Shown: positions 1 to 11,381 of the stretch, piece after piece
How the letters are laid out: each line of letters begins with the position of its first letter
Numbering within the stretch: the stretch's first letter is position 1
Source: Kiloniellaceae bacterium
Lineage (GTDB): Bacteria; Pseudomonadota; Alphaproteobacteria; Kiloniellales; J153
Assembly (NCBI GenBank): GCA_046758005.1
Contig: JBHHZJ010000005.1
Span: 3,155-67,154, forward strand
Direction of reading: 5' to 3'
DNA length: 64,000 nucleotides
Position numbers and translations under genes: made by a program
Notes under the pieces: generated by a model
Databases searched by the model: none
Told to the model about the DNA's origin: nothing
What the model saw: only the letters and a program-made list of their open reading frames with translations

Positions 1-749
1 ATCAATAGGGCGCCGCCCGCCTCGACCGCGATTCCGCGCAGGCCGGCCGCCGCCGCGCCATCGACGGTGCGCACGCCGATGGTCGGCAGATCGACCCGCG
101 TTTCCTGCTGCGGCTTCTTGATCTTGACCAGGACGCCGCCGGGTCCCTTACGGCGGAGCGCGCCGCAGCGCGCGAGCAGCCGGTCCGTGCCTTCCACGGC
201 CTCGACCCCGAGCACCATGCCCTGCTGCACGACCACCGCCTGCCCGACATCGACGGCGCCCAGCGCCTGAGCGACGGCGAGGCCGCGGGCGATGTCGCTC
301 CGCGCCTGGGGGTCGGGTTCCAAGGCCCCATAGGGCCCGGCGGGGGCAAGCAGGTCCGCCACGATGTCGTCGATGCCGAGGACCCGGAAGCCCTCGTCCT
401 CGAGGGCGCTCACGATGGCGCGCAGAAGGCCGTCGTCGCCCAGCCCTTTCGCGCCGACCCTGGCGAAAAACTGGATGCTGCGGGAATCGAGCCGCAGCGC
501 GCTCAGGCTCGGCCGGGAAATCGGCCCGACCATCACCAGGTCCGCGACGCCGGCGGCGCGCAACGCGTCCAAGCCGGTGCCGGTCAGGCCGAGGCGGGTC
601 CAGGCGTGCTCGACGTCGCGCACGGTGGCCGGGTCGGTCTGGCCCTCGAAGGCCAGGACGAAGACCTCGCGCCCGCTGGCCCGGCAGACCTCGACCAGGC
701 GGGTCGGAAGGTCGCCGCCGCCGGCCAGAATGCCCAGCTTACCCGCCAT
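1..749 (-). CDS. lpxI: UDP-2,3-diacylglucosamine hydrolase LpxI (DUF1009); C-terminus cut by window edge
   Basis: Not in the supplied ORF track. My own reverse translation from ATG 749 gives MAGKLGILAGGGDLPTRLVEVCRASGREVFVLAFEGQTD...GQAVVVQQGMVLGVEAVEGTDRLLARC...KKPQQETRVDLPTIGVRTVDGAAAAGLRGIAVEAGGALL, with no in-frame stop down to position 3. The QETRVDLPTIG region matches LpxI as I remember it. The gene lies directly downstream of lpxA (11-nt overlap), as in alphaproteobacterial lpxD-fabZ-lpxA-lpxI clusters. Confidence 0.75.
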   Translation of the reverse strand, partial: MAGKLGILAGGGDLPTRLVEVCRASGREVFVLAFEGQTDPATVRDVEHAWTRLGLTGTGLDALRAAGVADLVMVGPISRPSLSALRLDSRSIQFFARVGAKGLGDDGLLRAIVSALEDEGFRVLGIDDIVADLLAPAGPYGALEPDPQARSDIARGLAVAQALGAVDVGQAVVVQQGMVLGVEAVEGTDRLLARCGALRRKGPGGVLVKIKKPQQETRVDLPTIGVRTVDGAAAAGLRGIAVEAGGALL

Positions 750-1542
750 GCCCCGATTTGGGCCGGCACAGCGCCCGCGAGGTTTCGCCGCGCACGAAGC
801 CGACGATGTCGGCCACGCCCCGGGCCTCGCCCAGTTCCGAGGCAAGGCGTTCGATCCGCTCGGCCAAGGTATCCTCGCCGCTGAACAGTATCCGGTAGGC
901 GTCGGCAAGCGCCTGGATCTGGCCGCGATCGAACCCGTGGCGCTTCAGGCCGACGACGTTGAGGCCGTGCAGGTGCGCGCGCTCGCCCATCGCCATGCCG
1001 TAGGGGATCACGTCGTGCTCGACGCCCGACATCCCGCCGACGATCGCGTGTCGGCCGATGCGCACGAACTGATGGACCGCCGACAGCCCGCCGATGATGG
1101 CGTGGTCCTCGATGACCACGTGCCCACCGAGGGTGGCGTTGTTGGCCATGATCACACCGTCGCCGACCTGGCAATCGTGCGCAACGTGGGCGCCGACCAT
1201 GAACAGGCAGCCGTTGCCCACGCGGGTGACCATGCCGCCGCCCTCGGTGCCCGGGTTCATGGTGACGTGTTCGCGGATGACGTTGTCTTGGCCGATGACC
1301 AGCTCGGAGGGCTCGCCGCCGTACTTCAGGTCCTGGGGCCGGTGGCCGATCGAGGCGAAGGAAAAGATCCGGGTCCGCGGGCCGATCCGCGTGCGCCCGG
1401 CGACGACCACATGGCTCTCAAGCACGACCTCGTCGGCGAGCACAACCTGCGCCCCGACCACGCAGTACGGGCCGATCCTTACCCCTTTGCCGAGCTTGGC
1501 TTCCGGCTCGACGATGGCGGTGCGGTGAACGTCGGCCATCAA
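739..1542 (-). CDS. lpxA: Acyl-ACP--UDP-N-acetylglucosamine O-acyltransferase
   Basis: 267-aa ORF. Hexapeptide-repeat acyltransferase with an LpxA-type C-terminal helical region (GLNVVGLKRHGF...AYRILF). 4-nt overlap with the fabZ stop. Confidence 0.95.
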   Translation of the reverse strand: MMADVHRTAIVEPEAKLGKGVRIGPYCVVGAQVVLADEVVLESHVVVAGRTRIGPRTRIFSFASIGHRPQDLKYGGEPSELVIGQDNVIREHVTMNPGTEGGGMVTRVGNGCLFMVGAHVAHDCQVGDGVIMANNATLGGHVVIEDHAIIGGLSAVHQFVRIGRHAIVGGMSGVEHDVIPYGMAMGERAHLHGLNVVGLKRHGFDRGQIQALADAYRILFSGEDTLAERIERLASELGEARGVADIVGFVRGETSRALCRPKSGHGG

Positions 1543-2009
1543 TCATCCATGATCATGGCCGAAAACCGGGCCTCGGCCATCAGGACGCCGTTGACCTTGG
1601 CTTGGCCGCTGAACTTCCACACGTTGCGCCGATGGCGAAGCTTGGTGACGTGGACGTAGACCGTATCGCCGGGAACGATCGGCTTGCGGAAGCGGCCCTC
1701 CTCGACGGTCATGAAGTACACGAGCTTGCCGGCGGCGGCCCCTTGCAAGGTCTCCACCACCAGGACTGCGGCGGTCTGGGCCATCGACTCGATGACCAGG
1801 ACGCCGGGCATCACCGGCTGGCGCGGAAAATGGCCCTGGAAATAGCCTTCGTTGATGGTGACGTTCTTGACGCCGATTGCGCTCTGGTCGGGGATGACGT
1901 CGATGACGCGGTCGATCATGAGAAACGGAAAACGGTGCGGGATCAGCTCCATGATCCGCATGATGTCGACCGCGCGGACCTCGGTTCGCGCCGCAGGCTG
2001 CTCACTCAT
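1539..2009 (-). CDS. fabZ: 3-hydroxyacyl-ACP dehydratase FabZ
   Basis: ORF 1539..2117 trimmed to the internal ATG at 2009 (MSEQPAART...), which overlaps the lpxD stop at 2002. Hot-dog dehydratase motifs [14 protein letters not shown] and GHFP..PVMPGVL. Confidence 0.9.
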   Translation of the reverse strand: MSEQPAARTEVRAVDIMRIMELIPHRFPFLMIDRVIDVIPDQSAIGVKNVTINEGYFQGHFPRQPVMPGVLVIESMAQTAAVLVVETLQGAAAGKLVYFMTVEEGRFRKPIVPGDTVYVHVTKLRHRRNVWKFSGQAKVNGVLMAEARFSAMIMDD

Positions 2010-3033
2010 CGCGCTTGCCTTTCGACTTAAGCTGACGCTGCCAGATCGTGCAGAGACGGAAGAAATCCCTGAGCGGCAAGGCGGGAATGCCGGCCACCGT
2101 CTGGCCCGCCGGCACATCGCGCATGATGCCGCTCTTGGCAGAAAGCTGCGCGCCCTTTCCGATCGTCAAATGGCCCGCGACGCCCGCCTGAGCGGCCACG
2201 ACCACGTAGTCCTCGAGCTTGGTGCTGCCTGCGATCCCGGACTGGGCGACCAGCACACATCCCCGCCCCAGGCGCACGTTGTGCCCGATCTGGACCAGAT
2301 TATCAATCTTCGACCCGGCGCCGATAACCGTGTCGGGGCCGGCGCCCCGGTCGATCGTGCTGTTGGCGCCGACCTCAACGTCGTCTTCGATGATCGCGCG
2401 GCCCAATTGCGGCACATCGACGAACCCTTCCGGGTCCATGGCGAATCCGAAGCCGCGGTTGCCGATGCACACCCCGGCGTGCAGGAGGCAGCGCTTGCCG
2501 ATCAGGCAGTGGCTGAGGAAGGCGTTCGCACCGACCTCGGTCCCGTCGCCGATCACGACCCCCTCCTCGATGACCGCGTTGGCCTTGATGCGGCAACCGC
2601 GGCCGATCTCGACCCGAGCGCCGATGACGACGCCGGGCCCGATCCGCGTGCCCTCGCCGATCGTGGCCGAGGGGTCGATGATGGCGGTTTCGTGGCGGCC
2701 GCCGCCGAGCGCAGGTTCGGGATAGAACGCCCGGGCCACCAGGGCATAGGCCTTGTACGGCTTGGGCGTGAGCAGCAGCGCCATGCCTTTCGGCGCCCGC
2801 TCCGCGTTCTCCGGCGCGACGATGCAGGCGCCCGCGCTGCTCGCCGCGAAGCTGTCGAGATAGCGGCGGTTGTCGAGGAAGCTCACATCGCTCGGTCCTG
2901 CCGAATCCAGCGGCGCCACGTCTGTGAACTCCTTGTCGGGTCCGGCGCCCGGCCCGAGCTCGGCGCCCGCGATCCGGGCCAATTCGCTCAATTTGTAGGG
3001 GCCCGCGAGACTGAAGAAGCGGGGGTCTGCCAT
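2002..3033 (-). CDS. lpxD: UDP-3-O-acylglucosamine N-acyltransferase
   Basis: 343-aa ORF. LpxD N-terminal domain followed by hexapeptide repeats. Canonical position between skp and fabZ. Confidence 0.95.
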   Translation of the reverse strand: MADPRFFSLAGPYKLSELARIAGAELGPGAGPDKEFTDVAPLDSAGPSDVSFLDNRRYLDSFAASSAGACIVAPENAERAPKGMALLLTPKPYKAYALVARAFYPEPALGGGRHETAIIDPSATIGEGTRIGPGVVIGARVEIGRGCRIKANAVIEEGVVIGDGTEVGANAFLSHCLIGKRCLLHAGVCIGNRGFGFAMDPEGFVDVPQLGRAIIEDDVEVGANSTIDRGAGPDTVIGAGSKIDNLVQIGHNVRLGRGCVLVAQSGIAGSTKLEDYVVVAAQAGVAGHLTIGKGAQLSAKSGIMRDVPAGQTVAGIPALPLRDFFRLCTIWQRQLKSKGKRDE

Positions 3034-3041
3034 GGCCGGGC

Positions 3042-3614
3042 TTAGTTTTGCGGCACCGACGCCGAGATCTCGGGCAGGCGGGCGTTCAATCGCTTCAAGG
3101 CGTCATTCGTGATTTCGAAGCCGGGCTTGACGATGACGACGGTGGCCTTGGTCAGGATCAGGTCCAGCCCGCGTTCCTCCGCGATTGCCTTGGCCACTTG
3201 GGTCAGTTCCTTCTGAACCTGGGCCATGCCCTTGGCGAAGGTTTGGTCGAGGCTGCGCTTGCGCTGTTTCGCCTCGCGCTGCAGCATCGCGACCTGCCTT
3301 TGCAGTTCCTTGCGCTTCTCCGCGAAGGCGTCGGCCGAAAGAACGGTCCGCTGGCGCGCCAGTTCCCGGTCGGCGTCGCGCAGGTTCTGCTCCATCTTGC
3401 GCAGCTCGGCTTGATGCTGGTCCCGCCGCCGTTCGATCCGCTTGGCCAGCCCCCTGACCGCCGTGGACTCTCGCAGGATCCGCTGAACGTCGATGATGGC
3501 GAACACCGGCGCCTTGGCGTCTTGCGCCCGCGCCGGCGCCTCGGCAAACAGCCATGGCGAGATGAGCAGAAGGACCGCGGCGGCGCGCAGCGTGTGGCGA
3601 TGAAGCGATGACAT
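3042..3614 (-). CDS. skp: OmpH/Skp family periplasmic chaperone
   Basis: 190-aa ORF with a signal peptide ([20 protein letters not shown]) and a Lys/Glu/Gln-rich coiled-coil body. Located between bamA and lpxD. Confidence 0.85.
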   Translation of the reverse strand: MSSLHRHTLRAAAVLLLISPWLFAEAPARAQDAKAPVFAIIDVQRILRESTAVRGLAKRIERRRDQHQAELRKMEQNLRDADRELARQRTVLSADAFAEKRKELQRQVAMLQREAKQRKRSLDQTFAKGMAQVQKELTQVAKAIAEERGLDLILTKATVVIVKPGFEITNDALKRLNARLPEISASVPQN

Positions 3615-3619
3615 AATGG

Positions 3620-5908
3620 TTAAAACTGCGTTCCGAAGCTAAAGTTCAGCAGCTCGGTCTCGTCGAATTCTTCCTTGACCAGGTCGAAGCCGAAATCGAG
3701 CACGATGGGACCGAACGGCGAGCGCCAAGTCACGCCGACCCCGGCCGAGACGCGCGGTGCGCTTTCGTCTTGCACATCGGCATTGCTCTTGTCCAGATCC
3801 CAGGCTGAGCAGACGTCGGTGAACACGCGCCCGCGGATGTCGAATTCCTCCGGCAAACCAAGCGGAAAGCCGAGTTCCGCAGTCCCGGTATAGAAATTCT
3901 TGCCGCCCAGGGGATCGCCGGTCACCCGGTCGCGCGGGCCGACCCCGGCGAACTGGAAGCCGCGGCAGTCGCGCCCGCCGATGAAGTGGCGGTCGCTGAT
4001 CCGGGTGTCCTGGCCGAGTCCGACAATGTTTCCGACTTCCCCGCTGACGCTGGCGGTCCAGTTCTGGGACAGGGGATAGTGGTAGGCCCCCCCCACGGCG
4101 GACTTCAGGAACCGTACGTTGCCGCCGACGCCAGCGACGTCGTTGCGCAGCCGCAGGACCAAGCCCTCCCGGGGATCGAAGCGGTTGTCCCGGGTGTCGT
4201 ATGTCAGCTCCTGGCCGACCCGGGACTCCAGGACCTGGCCTTCCTCCTCCCTGACGAGCAGCGAGGCGTTGTCGTCCAGATCCGAAATGACCTGGTCCTC
4301 CAAGGTGTAACGGACGATCTGGCGCACGTCTTCCTGCCACGAAAAGCCGCCGCGCAGCGAGCCGCCGGTCCGTTTCAGGTCGAACGAGCGTTCATTCTGG
4401 CTGCTATCGATGCGGAAGAGGTCGAAGCCCGCGGCGAGATTGCGGTCCAGAAAATACGGCTCCGTGAAGCTAAGGTCGATCTGCGACTGCTCACCCGACA
4501 GGGTCAAGCTGAGGCGAAGGTCCTGGCCGCGACCGAGCAGATTGCGTTCGCGAATGCCGACGTTGCCGAGCACGCCGGCGCTGGTGGAGAACCCCGCGCC
4601 GAACGTCAGGTCGCCGGTCGATTGTTCCTCGACCTCGACCGAGATGACGGTTCGGTCGGCCGTGCTGCCGGGCTCGGTCTCCACCTTGACCGAGCGGAAG
4701 AACCCCAGGTTCTGGATCCGCTGACGCGACCGGCGCAGTTTCGCGGTGTTGAAGGCGTCGCCCTCGACCAGGCGGAACTCGCGACGGATCACGTGGTCGA
4801 GGGTGCGCACGTTACCCTCGATGTCGATACGTTCGACGAAGACTTTGGGTCCCTCCTTGATCTCGTAAGTGATGTTGATGAGCCGATTCTCCCGGTCGCG
4901 CTCGGGGCGCGGTCGGATGTCGACGAACGCATAGCCGAGGTTCCCGACCGCCTCGGTCAGGTTCGTGATCGTGTCCTCGACCGCCTCGGCGTTGTACCAG
5001 TCGCCCTCCTCGGTAACGACATGCTCGCGCAGAGACTCCGGGTCGAGGTTCGGCAGGGTCGTCGATATCTCGGTCTTGCCGAACTTCTGCCGTTCGCCCT
5101 CCTCGACCGTGAAGGTGACGATGAAGCCCTCGCGGTCCGGCAGCAGTTCGGCTACCACCGAGACCACGCGGAAGTCCGCATAGCCTTCGCTGAGGTAAAA
5201 GCGGCGCAGCAGCTCGCGGTCGAAGGTCAGCCGATCCGGATCGTAGGTGTCGGTCGAGCTCAGGATGTTCCAGAATGCGCTCTCGCTCGTGGTGATCTCG
5301 TCACGCAGCGTCGAATCGGAAAACACACGGTTGCCGATGAAGTTGATCGCCTTGATCTTGGTCAGCGGACCTTCCTTGATCTCGAACACGAGGTCGACAC
5401 GGTTCTGCGGAAGCTGTATCACCTTGGGTTCGACCGTGGCCGCGTAGCGGCCGGATCGGCGGTAGATCTCGAGCAAGCGTTGCACGTCATTCTGGACCTT
5501 GGTCCGGGTAAAGACTACGCGCGGCCGCAACGTGATCTCCGCCGACAGCGTATCGTCGTCCAGGCGCCTGTTGCCCTCGAAGGCGATGCGGTTGATGATC
5601 GGGTTCTCGACCACCGAGACGATGAGCGCATCGCCCTCGCGGCGCAGGGTGACGTCGGCGAACAGGCCGGTCGTGAACAGGTTCTTCAACGACCTGTCCA
5701 GGCGCACGGGATCGAACCGGTCGCCGGGATTGACCCGCATGTAGGAGCGGACCGTCTCCGGCTCGATTCGCTGCGTGCCCTCGACGCGAATCTCCCGGAT
5801 CGTTCCCTCGCCGAGGATCGACTGGGCCACGGCCGAGCCCGGCCGCGCCAGCCCGAGCATCAGGCACAGCAGCCAAATCCCGACGGCACATCGTCGTCCC
5901 CGCACCAA
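3620..5908 (-). CDS. bamA: Outer membrane protein assembly factor BamA
   Basis: 762-aa ORF. Signal peptide, POTRA repeats (IREIRVEGTQRIEPETV...), and a C-terminal beta-barrel ending NFSFGTQF. The listed start codon is TTG at 5908, with GTG at 5905 as an alternative. Confidence 0.95.
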   Translation of the reverse strand: MVRGRRCAVGIWLLCLMLGLARPGSAVAQSILGEGTIREIRVEGTQRIEPETVRSYMRVNPGDRFDPVRLDRSLKNLFTTGLFADVTLRREGDALIVSVVENPIINRIAFEGNRRLDDDTLSAEITLRPRVVFTRTKVQNDVQRLLEIYRRSGRYAATVEPKVIQLPQNRVDLVFEIKEGPLTKIKAINFIGNRVFSDSTLRDEITTSESAFWNILSSTDTYDPDRLTFDRELLRRFYLSEGYADFRVVSVVAELLPDREGFIVTFTVEEGERQKFGKTEISTTLPNLDPESLREHVVTEEGDWYNAEAVEDTITNLTEAVGNLGYAFVDIRPRPERDRENRLINITYEIKEGPKVFVERIDIEGNVRTLDHVIRREFRLVEGDAFNTAKLRRSRQRIQNLGFFRSVKVETEPGSTADRTVISVEVEEQSTGDLTFGAGFSTSAGVLGNVGIRERNLLGRGQDLRLSLTLSGEQSQIDLSFTEPYFLDRNLAAGFDLFRIDSSQNERSFDLKRTGGSLRGGFSWQEDVRQIVRYTLEDQVISDLDDNASLLVREEEGQVLESRVGQELTYDTRDNRFDPREGLVLRLRNDVAGVGGNVRFLKSAVGGAYHYPLSQNWTASVSGEVGNIVGLGQDTRISDRHFIGGRDCRGFQFAGVGPRDRVTGDPLGGKNFYTGTAELGFPLGLPEEFDIRGRVFTDVCSAWDLDKSNADVQDESAPRVSAGVGVTWRSPFGPIVLDFGFDLVKEEFDETELLNFSFGTQF

Positions 5909-5982
5909 GTTCGCTTCCCCCCACGGCCGCCAACGTTCGACGGCCCGTCCCCAGACGTTTCCCGGTTGGCCCAGGCACCGCG

Positions 5983-7116
5983 TTAGGTGGCCAGCCTTCT
6001 TAGGAAATCAAAAACCTCCAGATTAATCAGATCGTTGAGGGTGACGAACAGCATCAAGCTGAAGACGATCGCAACGCCGATCCGAAACCCGTATTCCTGC
6101 GCCCGCTCACCCAGCGGCCGGCCGCGCACGGCCTCGATCGCGTAGAACAGCAGGTGCCCGCCGTCGAGCATGGGGATCGGGAACAGGTTGATCAGGCCGA
6201 GGTTGATGGACAGCACCGCCATGAACCAGATGATCGGGACCAGTCCGGACTCGGCGACCGCCCCGGACATCTGGGCGATGCGCACGGGACCGCCGAGCTC
6301 CTGGGCGCTGCGGGTGCCCGCGATGATTTGGCCGATGGCCTGCAAGGTCCCCAGCGACAGGGCCAGGGTCTCCTGTCCGGCCCGCCAGACGGCCTCGACC
6401 GGCCCGTGCCGCACGTATTCGACACTGCCGCGGGTGATGCCCAGGAGGCCGATTTCCTGCCGATTGCCGAAATTGTCGGTCAGCTCGCTGAGCTTCGGCG
6501 TGGCGGTCAGCACGACCCGTACGCCGTCGCGCAGGACGACTACCTCGAGCCGCTGGCCCGCGCGCGGGCGAACGATCCGCTGGATGTCCTCGAACCGCTC
6601 GATGGTCGATCCGTGCAGTTCCGCGATGCGGTCGCCCGGCAGAATACCGGCCGTCTCGGCGGCGCTGCCCGGCACGACTTCACCCACGACCGGCGGGGTG
6701 AACGGCTGCCCGACCGTGCCGAACAGTCCGGCCAGCAGAATCACGGCGAAGAGGAAATTGGCGACCGGGCCGGCCGCCACGATCTGCGTCCGGGGGCCCA
6801 GACCCTTGCACGGAAACGCCACGGCGCGGTCTTCCTCGGACATCCGTTCGATCCCGCCCGAGGGTTGACTGGCGGCGTTGGCGTCGCCGAACATTTTCAC
6901 GTAGCCGCCCAGGGGAATCAGGCTGAACTTCCAACGGGTCCGGGCCCGGTCGGTCCAGCCGAATACCTCCGGGCCGAAGCCGATGGAGAATACCTCCACC
7001 CGGACCCCGTTGCGTCGGGCGACCAGGAAGTGGCCCATCTCGTGCACGAACACGAGCACGGTCAGGATAACCAGAAACGGAATCGTGAAGGCCAGAAAAC
7101 TGCTAATGAAACCCAT
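5983..7116 (-). CDS. rseP: RIP zinc metalloprotease RseP
   Basis: 377-aa ORF. HEMGH zinc motif (VHEMGHFLVAR), a central PDZ-like region, and the NLFPIPMLDGGH motif. Confidence 0.93.
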   Translation of the reverse strand: MGFISSFLAFTIPFLVILTVLVFVHEMGHFLVARRNGVRVEVFSIGFGPEVFGWTDRARTRWKFSLIPLGGYVKMFGDANAASQPSGGIERMSEEDRAVAFPCKGLGPRTQIVAAGPVANFLFAVILLAGLFGTVGQPFTPPVVGEVVPGSAAETAGILPGDRIAELHGSTIERFEDIQRIVRPRAGQRLEVVVLRDGVRVVLTATPKLSELTDNFGNRQEIGLLGITRGSVEYVRHGPVEAVWRAGQETLALSLGTLQAIGQIIAGTRSAQELGGPVRIAQMSGAVAESGLVPIIWFMAVLSINLGLINLFPIPMLDGGHLLFYAIEAVRGRPLGERAQEYGFRIGVAIVFSLMLFVTLNDLINLEVFDFLRRLAT

Positions 7117-7271
7117 GGCTTAGTCGTCCGAGGTGCGGCCAGCGTGGCCAAACGGCACACAATCTACCCGCAATGCCCGCGCGGAAACAAGGGCGAAGGC
7201 CCCGCCTCCTCCGATGACTTCACGGCGCAAAAACGAAGAATTCTTGCGGCTTCCGCGCCTTTTTGAAAGGC

Positions 7272-8456
7272 CTAAATGAAGATGCCGGCGGCCACCCGGC
7301 GCGCCTCGCCATCCACCGCCAGGACATCCTCGATCCCGTCAAGGCGCCCGGCGGGCAGCCTTTCCAGGGTCTGCTCGACGATCGCCGCGATGCCGAGGAA
7401 ACCGACCCGGCGGTCCAGGAAGCCTTGGACCGCCACTTCGTTCGCCGCATTCAAGATAGTGGGGGCGGTTCCACCCGTCTGCAAGGCCTCCCGAGCCAAG
7501 CGCAGCGCCGGGAAACGGGCGGGGTCCGGCGCCTCGAAGGTCAAGCGCCCGATCCTGGCCAGATCCAGGCGCTCGACCGGCGCCGCCATGCGCCCGGGCC
7601 ATGCCAGCGTGAAGGCGATCGGCGTGCGCATGTCGGGCTGGCCCATCTGGGCGAGCACCGAGCCGTCGACGTAAGCCACCATGGAATGCACCACCGATTG
7701 GGGATGCACCAGGATCTCGATCCTGTCCTCGGACAGGCCGAACAGGTGGTGCGCCTCGATCAGCTCCAGGCCCTTGTTCATCATGGTCGCGGAATCGACC
7801 GAGATCTTGGCCCCCATGTCCCAGTTCGGATGGGCGACCGCCTGCTGCGGCGTCGCCTCGGCCATTGCCTCGCGCGACAGGGCGCGGAACGGCCCGCCCG
7901 AGGCGGTCAGGACGATCCGGTCGACGGCGTCCAGCCGGTCGAAGTCCAGCACCTGGAAAATGGCGTTGTGCTCGGAGTCCACGGGAAGCAGGGTCGCCCC
8001 GTGGCGCGCCACCTCGGCGGTCATCAGCGCGCCGGCGCAGACCAGCGTCTCCTTGTTGGCGAGCGCCACCACGGCGCCCCGGCGCACCGCGGCCAGCGTG
8101 GGCGCCAGACCGGCCGCGCCGACGATGGCGGCCATCACCCAGTCTGCCGGCCGCTGGGCGGCCTCGGCGACCGCCTGGGCCCCGGCCGCGACCTCGACGC
8201 CGCTGCCGGACAGCGCCGCCTTGAGATCCCGGTAGCACCGCTCGTCCGCGACCACGGCCAACTTGGCGCCGACACGCCGTGCCTGATCGGCCAGCCGTTC
8301 GACGCTGCCGTTGGCCGACAGCGCTTCGACCTCGAAGCTTTCGGGTTGCCGCTCGATCAAGTCCAGCGTGTTGCAGCCGACGGACCCCGTGGACCCGAGA
8401 ATCGTAACCCGGCGGCGCGCGGCCGCGGCCGCGGGCTGTGGCGATGTTACGGCCAT
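7272..8456 (-). CDS. dxr: 1-deoxy-D-xylulose 5-phosphate reductoisomerase
   Basis: 394-aa [12 protein letters not shown] nucleotide-binding motif, DSEHNAIFQ, and full-length Dxr architecture. Confidence 0.95.
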   Translation of the reverse strand: MAVTSPQPAAAAARRRVTILGSTGSVGCNTLDLIERQPESFEVEALSANGSVERLADQARRVGAKLAVVADERCYRDLKAALSGSGVEVAAGAQAVAEAAQRPADWVMAAIVGAAGLAPTLAAVRRGAVVALANKETLVCAGALMTAEVARHGATLLPVDSEHNAIFQVLDFDRLDAVDRIVLTASGGPFRALSREAMAEATPQQAVAHPNWDMGAKISVDSATMMNKGLELIEAHHLFGLSEDRIEILVHPQSVVHSMVAYVDGSVLAQMGQPDMRTPIAFTLAWPGRMAAPVERLDLARIGRLTFEAPDPARFPALRLAREALQTGGTAPTILNAANEVAVQGFLDRRVGFLGIAAIVEQTLERLPAGRLDGIEDVLAVDGEARRVAAGIFI

Positions 8457-8457
8457 G

Positions 8458-9309
8458 TCAGCGCGCTGTCCCCGTTAACCAGATGCCGCCCCCAAATACC
8501 AAGGCCCCGGCCAGGATACCGTCGATCCGGTCCAGCACCCCGCCGTGCCCCGGGATCAAGGCGCTGGAATCTTTCACCCCGAACCGGCGCTTGAGACGGG
8601 ACTCGAAAAGATCGCCCACCTGCGCGACGACCGCAAGTGCGATGCTGAGCAGGACCAGGCGGAGGTAATCGTCGCCGCGCATCGCCGCCGCCGCCACGCC
8701 CACCCCGGCCGCGGCCAACATGCCGCCGCCCAGGCCGGCCCAGGTCTTGTTGGGACTGATCGACGGCGCCAGCTTTGGACCGCCGAGAGCCCGGCCGGCG
8801 AAATAGGCACCGACGTCCGTGCTCCAGACCACCGCAAGGAGCCAAAAGACGAGCTCCCGCCCCCGTGTCGGATCCTGGCGCAGCCACAGAAACGCCAGGC
8901 ACGCCGCGGCAAGATACACCACACCCAGGCCCGGCCACACCGCACCGCTCCGCCCCGTGCGCCTAGCCATCACCGTGACCGCCACGGCGCCGGCGGCGGC
9001 CAGCCACCCGGCCGCGAGGTAATCGCCCAGGCTGCCCGCGGCCACGGCCAGTGTCACGGCCGCGACGACCAAGCCGCCGGTCGGATCCAGCCGGCCGCCG
9101 CGGCACATGCGCGCCCACTCCCACGCGGCGACCCCGGCCGCGGCGAGCACCAGCACGTCGCTGTAGGGCGACCCGAAATAAAGCGCGGCCAAAGCCGGCG
9201 GCGCCAGGACCAGGGCCGTGGCGACCCGCAGCCCCAGGCCCCGCCATTCACCGGGACCCGACCGCGTCACCGTAACGCCGGTCGCGCCGCTGGAATTCGC
9301 GGATCGCAT
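8458..9309 (-). CDS. cdsA: Phosphatidate cytidylyltransferase
   Basis: ORF 8458..9522 trimmed, because its upstream part overlaps uppS in another frame. ATG 9309 chosen; GTG 9270 is an alternative. Multi-TM protein with the CTP-transferase signature [28 protein letters not shown]. Confidence 0.85.
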   Translation of the reverse strand: MRSANSSGATGVTVTRSGPGEWRGLGLRVATALVLAPPALAALYFGSPYSDVLVLAAAGVAAWEWARMCRGGRLDPTGGLVVAAVTLAVAAGSLGDYLAAGWLAAAGAVAVTVMARRTGRSGAVWPGLGVVYLAAACLAFLWLRQDPTRGRELVFWLLAVVWSTDVGAYFAGRALGGPKLAPSISPNKTWAGLGGGMLAAAGVGVAAAAMRGDDYLRLVLLSIALAVVAQVGDLFESRLKRRFGVKDSSALIPGHGGVLDRIDGILAGALVFGGGIWLTGTAR

Positions 9310-9985
9310 CGGCCAGGTCGTCCTTGCCAAAGTCGGGCCAAAGCTTCTCGACGAACACGAACTCGCTGTAGGCGGATTGCCAGAGCAGGAAGTTGCTGAT
9401 CCGCTGCTCGCCGCTCGTGCGAATGACAAGGTCGGGATCCGGCATGCCCTGGGTGGACAACGCTCCGGTAAAGCACGCCTCGTCGATCGCCTCGGGGTCG
9501 AGCCGGCCCGAGGCGGCTGCATGGGCCAGGTCGCGCGCCGCCGCCACGATGTCCCGGCGGCCGCCGTAGCTGATCGCCATGGTCAGGTTCAGCCGGTCCC
9601 CCGCAGCGGTCCGCTTTTCCGCCTCGCAGATCAGGCGGGCGATGTCCCTGGGCAGGCGATCGCGCTCGCCGATGACGCGCAGGCGGATCCGCTCCTTGTG
9701 CAGTTCGGCGATCTCGGCCTGCAGGTGGCGGCGGAGCAGACCCATCAGGTCCTCGACCTCGCTCGCCGGGCGTTTCCAGTTCTCCGACGAAAATCCGTAG
9801 AGCGTCAGGTAGGAGATGCCGAGTTCGATGGCCGCGCTCACCGTGCGCCGCACCGCCTCCGCGCCGGCCCGGTGGCCGGCGGCGCGCGGCAGGCCCCGCG
9901 CCTTCGCCCAGCGCCCGTTGCCATCCATGATGATGGCGACATGGGTCGGCTGTGGGCCGCCCAATGAGGAAGCGACTACGTTCAT
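9248..9985 (-). CDS. uppS: Isoprenyl transferase (undecaprenyl diphosphate synthase)
   Basis: 245-aa [16 protein letters not shown] and [15 protein letters not shown] motifs. Confidence 0.95.
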   Translation of the reverse strand: MNVVASSLGGPQPTHVAIIMDGNGRWAKARGLPRAAGHRAGAEAVRRTVSAAIELGISYLTLYGFSSENWKRPASEVEDLMGLLRRHLQAEIAELHKERIRLRVIGERDRLPRDIARLICEAEKRTAAGDRLNLTMAISYGGRRDIVAAARDLAHAAASGRLDPEAIDEACFTGALSTQGMPDPDLVIRTSGEQRISNFLLWQSAYSEFVFVEKLWPDFGKDDLADAIREFQRRDRRYGDAVGSR

Positions 9986-9989
9986 CCGC

Positions 9990-10547
9990 CTAGACCTGAA
10001 GGATTTCTTCCTCCTTCTGCGCCAAGGCCTCGTCGAGCGCCTTGATGTGTTCGTCCGTGAGCTTCTGGATCTTCTCGGCCCAGTGATGGTGCTCGTCCTT
10101 GGAAATCTCGCCTTCGCGCTCCATGCGTTTGAGCATCTCCATGCCGTCGCGGCGCACGTTGCGCACCGCGACCCGCCCCTGTTCCGCGTACTTGGCCGCG
10201 ATCTTCGTCAATTCGACCCGCCGCTCCTCCGACAGGGGCGGAATCGGCACCCGGATGAGTTGGCCCTCGGTGGCCGGGTTGAGGCCGAGGCCCGAGCTGC
10301 GAATGGCCTTTTCGACCGTCCCGACCAGCGTGCGGTCCCAGACCTGGACAGTGACCATCCGCGGCTCCGGCACGCCGATCGTGGCCACCTGATTGAGTGG
10401 CATGCTCGACCCGTAGGCCTCGACGGTGATCGGCTCCAGCAGGCCGGCCGAGGCGCGGCCGGTGCGCAGGCCGGCGAATTCCCTGCGCAACGCCTCCTGG
10501 GCGCCATCCATGCGCCGGATGATGTCGCTGAGGTCCGGTTCGGCCAC
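9990..10547 (-). CDS. frr: Ribosome recycling factor
   Basis: 185-aa ORF of typical RRF length and sequence (...[21 protein letters not shown]...). Lies in the pyrH-frr-uppS-cdsA order. Confidence 0.95.
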   Translation of the reverse strand: MAEPDLSDIIRRMDGAQEALRREFAGLRTGRASAGLLEPITVEAYGSSMPLNQVATIGVPEPRMVTVQVWDRTLVGTVEKAIRSSGLGLNPATEGQLIRVPIPPLSEERRVELTKIAAKYAEQGRVAVRNVRRDGMEMLKRMEREGEISKDEHHHWAEKIQKLTDEHIKALDEALAQKEEEILQV

Positions 10548-10550
10548 GGG

Positions 10551-11276
10551 TCAACCCTCATCCTGGACGATCGTGTAACGGCCCCCGCCGCAGACGACCT
10601 GGGCGAAGGCTCCGGTTTCGTAGATCGAGAATACCAGAATCGGAATGGCGTTTTCACGTGCCAAGGAAATGGCCGCATGGTCCATGACGCCGAGGTCCTG
10701 GGTCAGCACATCCAGGTAGCTCAGGCGCTCGTAGCGCCTGGCGTTCCGGACCTTGACCGGATCGGCGTCGTACACGCCGTCGACCTTGGTCCCCTTCAGC
10801 AGCACCTCGCAGCCCATCTCCGAGGCGCGCAGGGCGGCCGCTGTGTCCGTGGTGAAGAAAGGGTTTCCCGTACCGGCGGCGAAGATCACCACCCGCCCCT
10901 TCTCCATGTGCCGGACCGCCCGGCGCCGGATGTAGGGCTCGGCCACCGTGGCCATGGGGATCGCCGACTGCACCCGGGTCACGACGCCAAGCTTCTCCAG
11001 CGCGCTCTGGACGGCCAGCGCGTTGATGACGGTGGCCAGCATCCCCATGTAGTCGGCGGTCGCCCGCTCCATCCCGGCGGCGGTGCCCGATAGGCCGCGG
11101 AAGATGTTCCCGCCGCCGATCACGAGGCAGATCTGAACCCCCATGCGGTGCACCTGGCGCACGTCGCCGGCGGTCCGTTGCACAGCGTCGGGGTCGAGCC
11201 CGTAGTCGTGGGCGCCCATGAGCGCCTCGCCCGAGATCTTGAGCAGGACCCGTTTGTAATTCGGCTTCGCGGCCAT
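10551..11276 (-). CDS. pyrH: UMP kinase
   Basis: ORF 10551..11354 trimmed to ATG 11276 ([19 protein letters not shown]). Amino-acid-kinase fold with GGGNIFRG. Confidence 0.93.
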   Translation of the reverse strand: MAAKPNYKRVLLKISGEALMGAHDYGLDPDAVQRTAGDVRQVHRMGVQICLVIGGGNIFRGLSGTAAGMERATADYMGMLATVINALAVQSALEKLGVVTRVQSAIPMATVAEPYIRRRAVRHMEKGRVVIFAAGTGNPFFTTDTAAALRASEMGCEVLLKGTKVDGVYDADPVKVRNARRYERLSYLDVLTQDLGVMDHAAISLARENAIPILVFSIYETGAFAQVVCGGGRYTIVQDEG

Positions 11277-11381
11277 GGACTCCTTCGATGAAACGGCCTC
11301 GACGATCGCGCGCGCCTCGGCCCGGCGGACGGACACCGGGCCGCGGTGAGCCATGATGACCTCCCGCCGACCCGGACGGGA

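Noticed and set aside
3986-5986. 666-aa plus-strand ORF antisense to bamA. Similar long antisense or alternative-frame ORFs include 364..1659, 7263..8594, 14175..15947, 28896..30776, 38230..41037, 45458..48013 and 52093..54519.
   Set aside because: All are Arg/Ala/Gly/Pro/Asp-rich with no recognisable domains. Each lies fully opposite or out of frame to strongly conserved housekeeping genes. Long spurious ORFs of this kind are expected in ~65-70% GC DNA because stop codons are rare.
7224-7264. GGCGC...AAGAATTCTT...GCGCC followed by TTTTT in the dxr-rseP spacer, considered as a terminator.
   Set aside because: The U-run follows the hairpin only on the plus strand, where nothing is transcribed from upstream genes. 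On the minus strand, only a weak AT-rich 10-bp palindrome precedes a short U-run. Too ambiguous to call.
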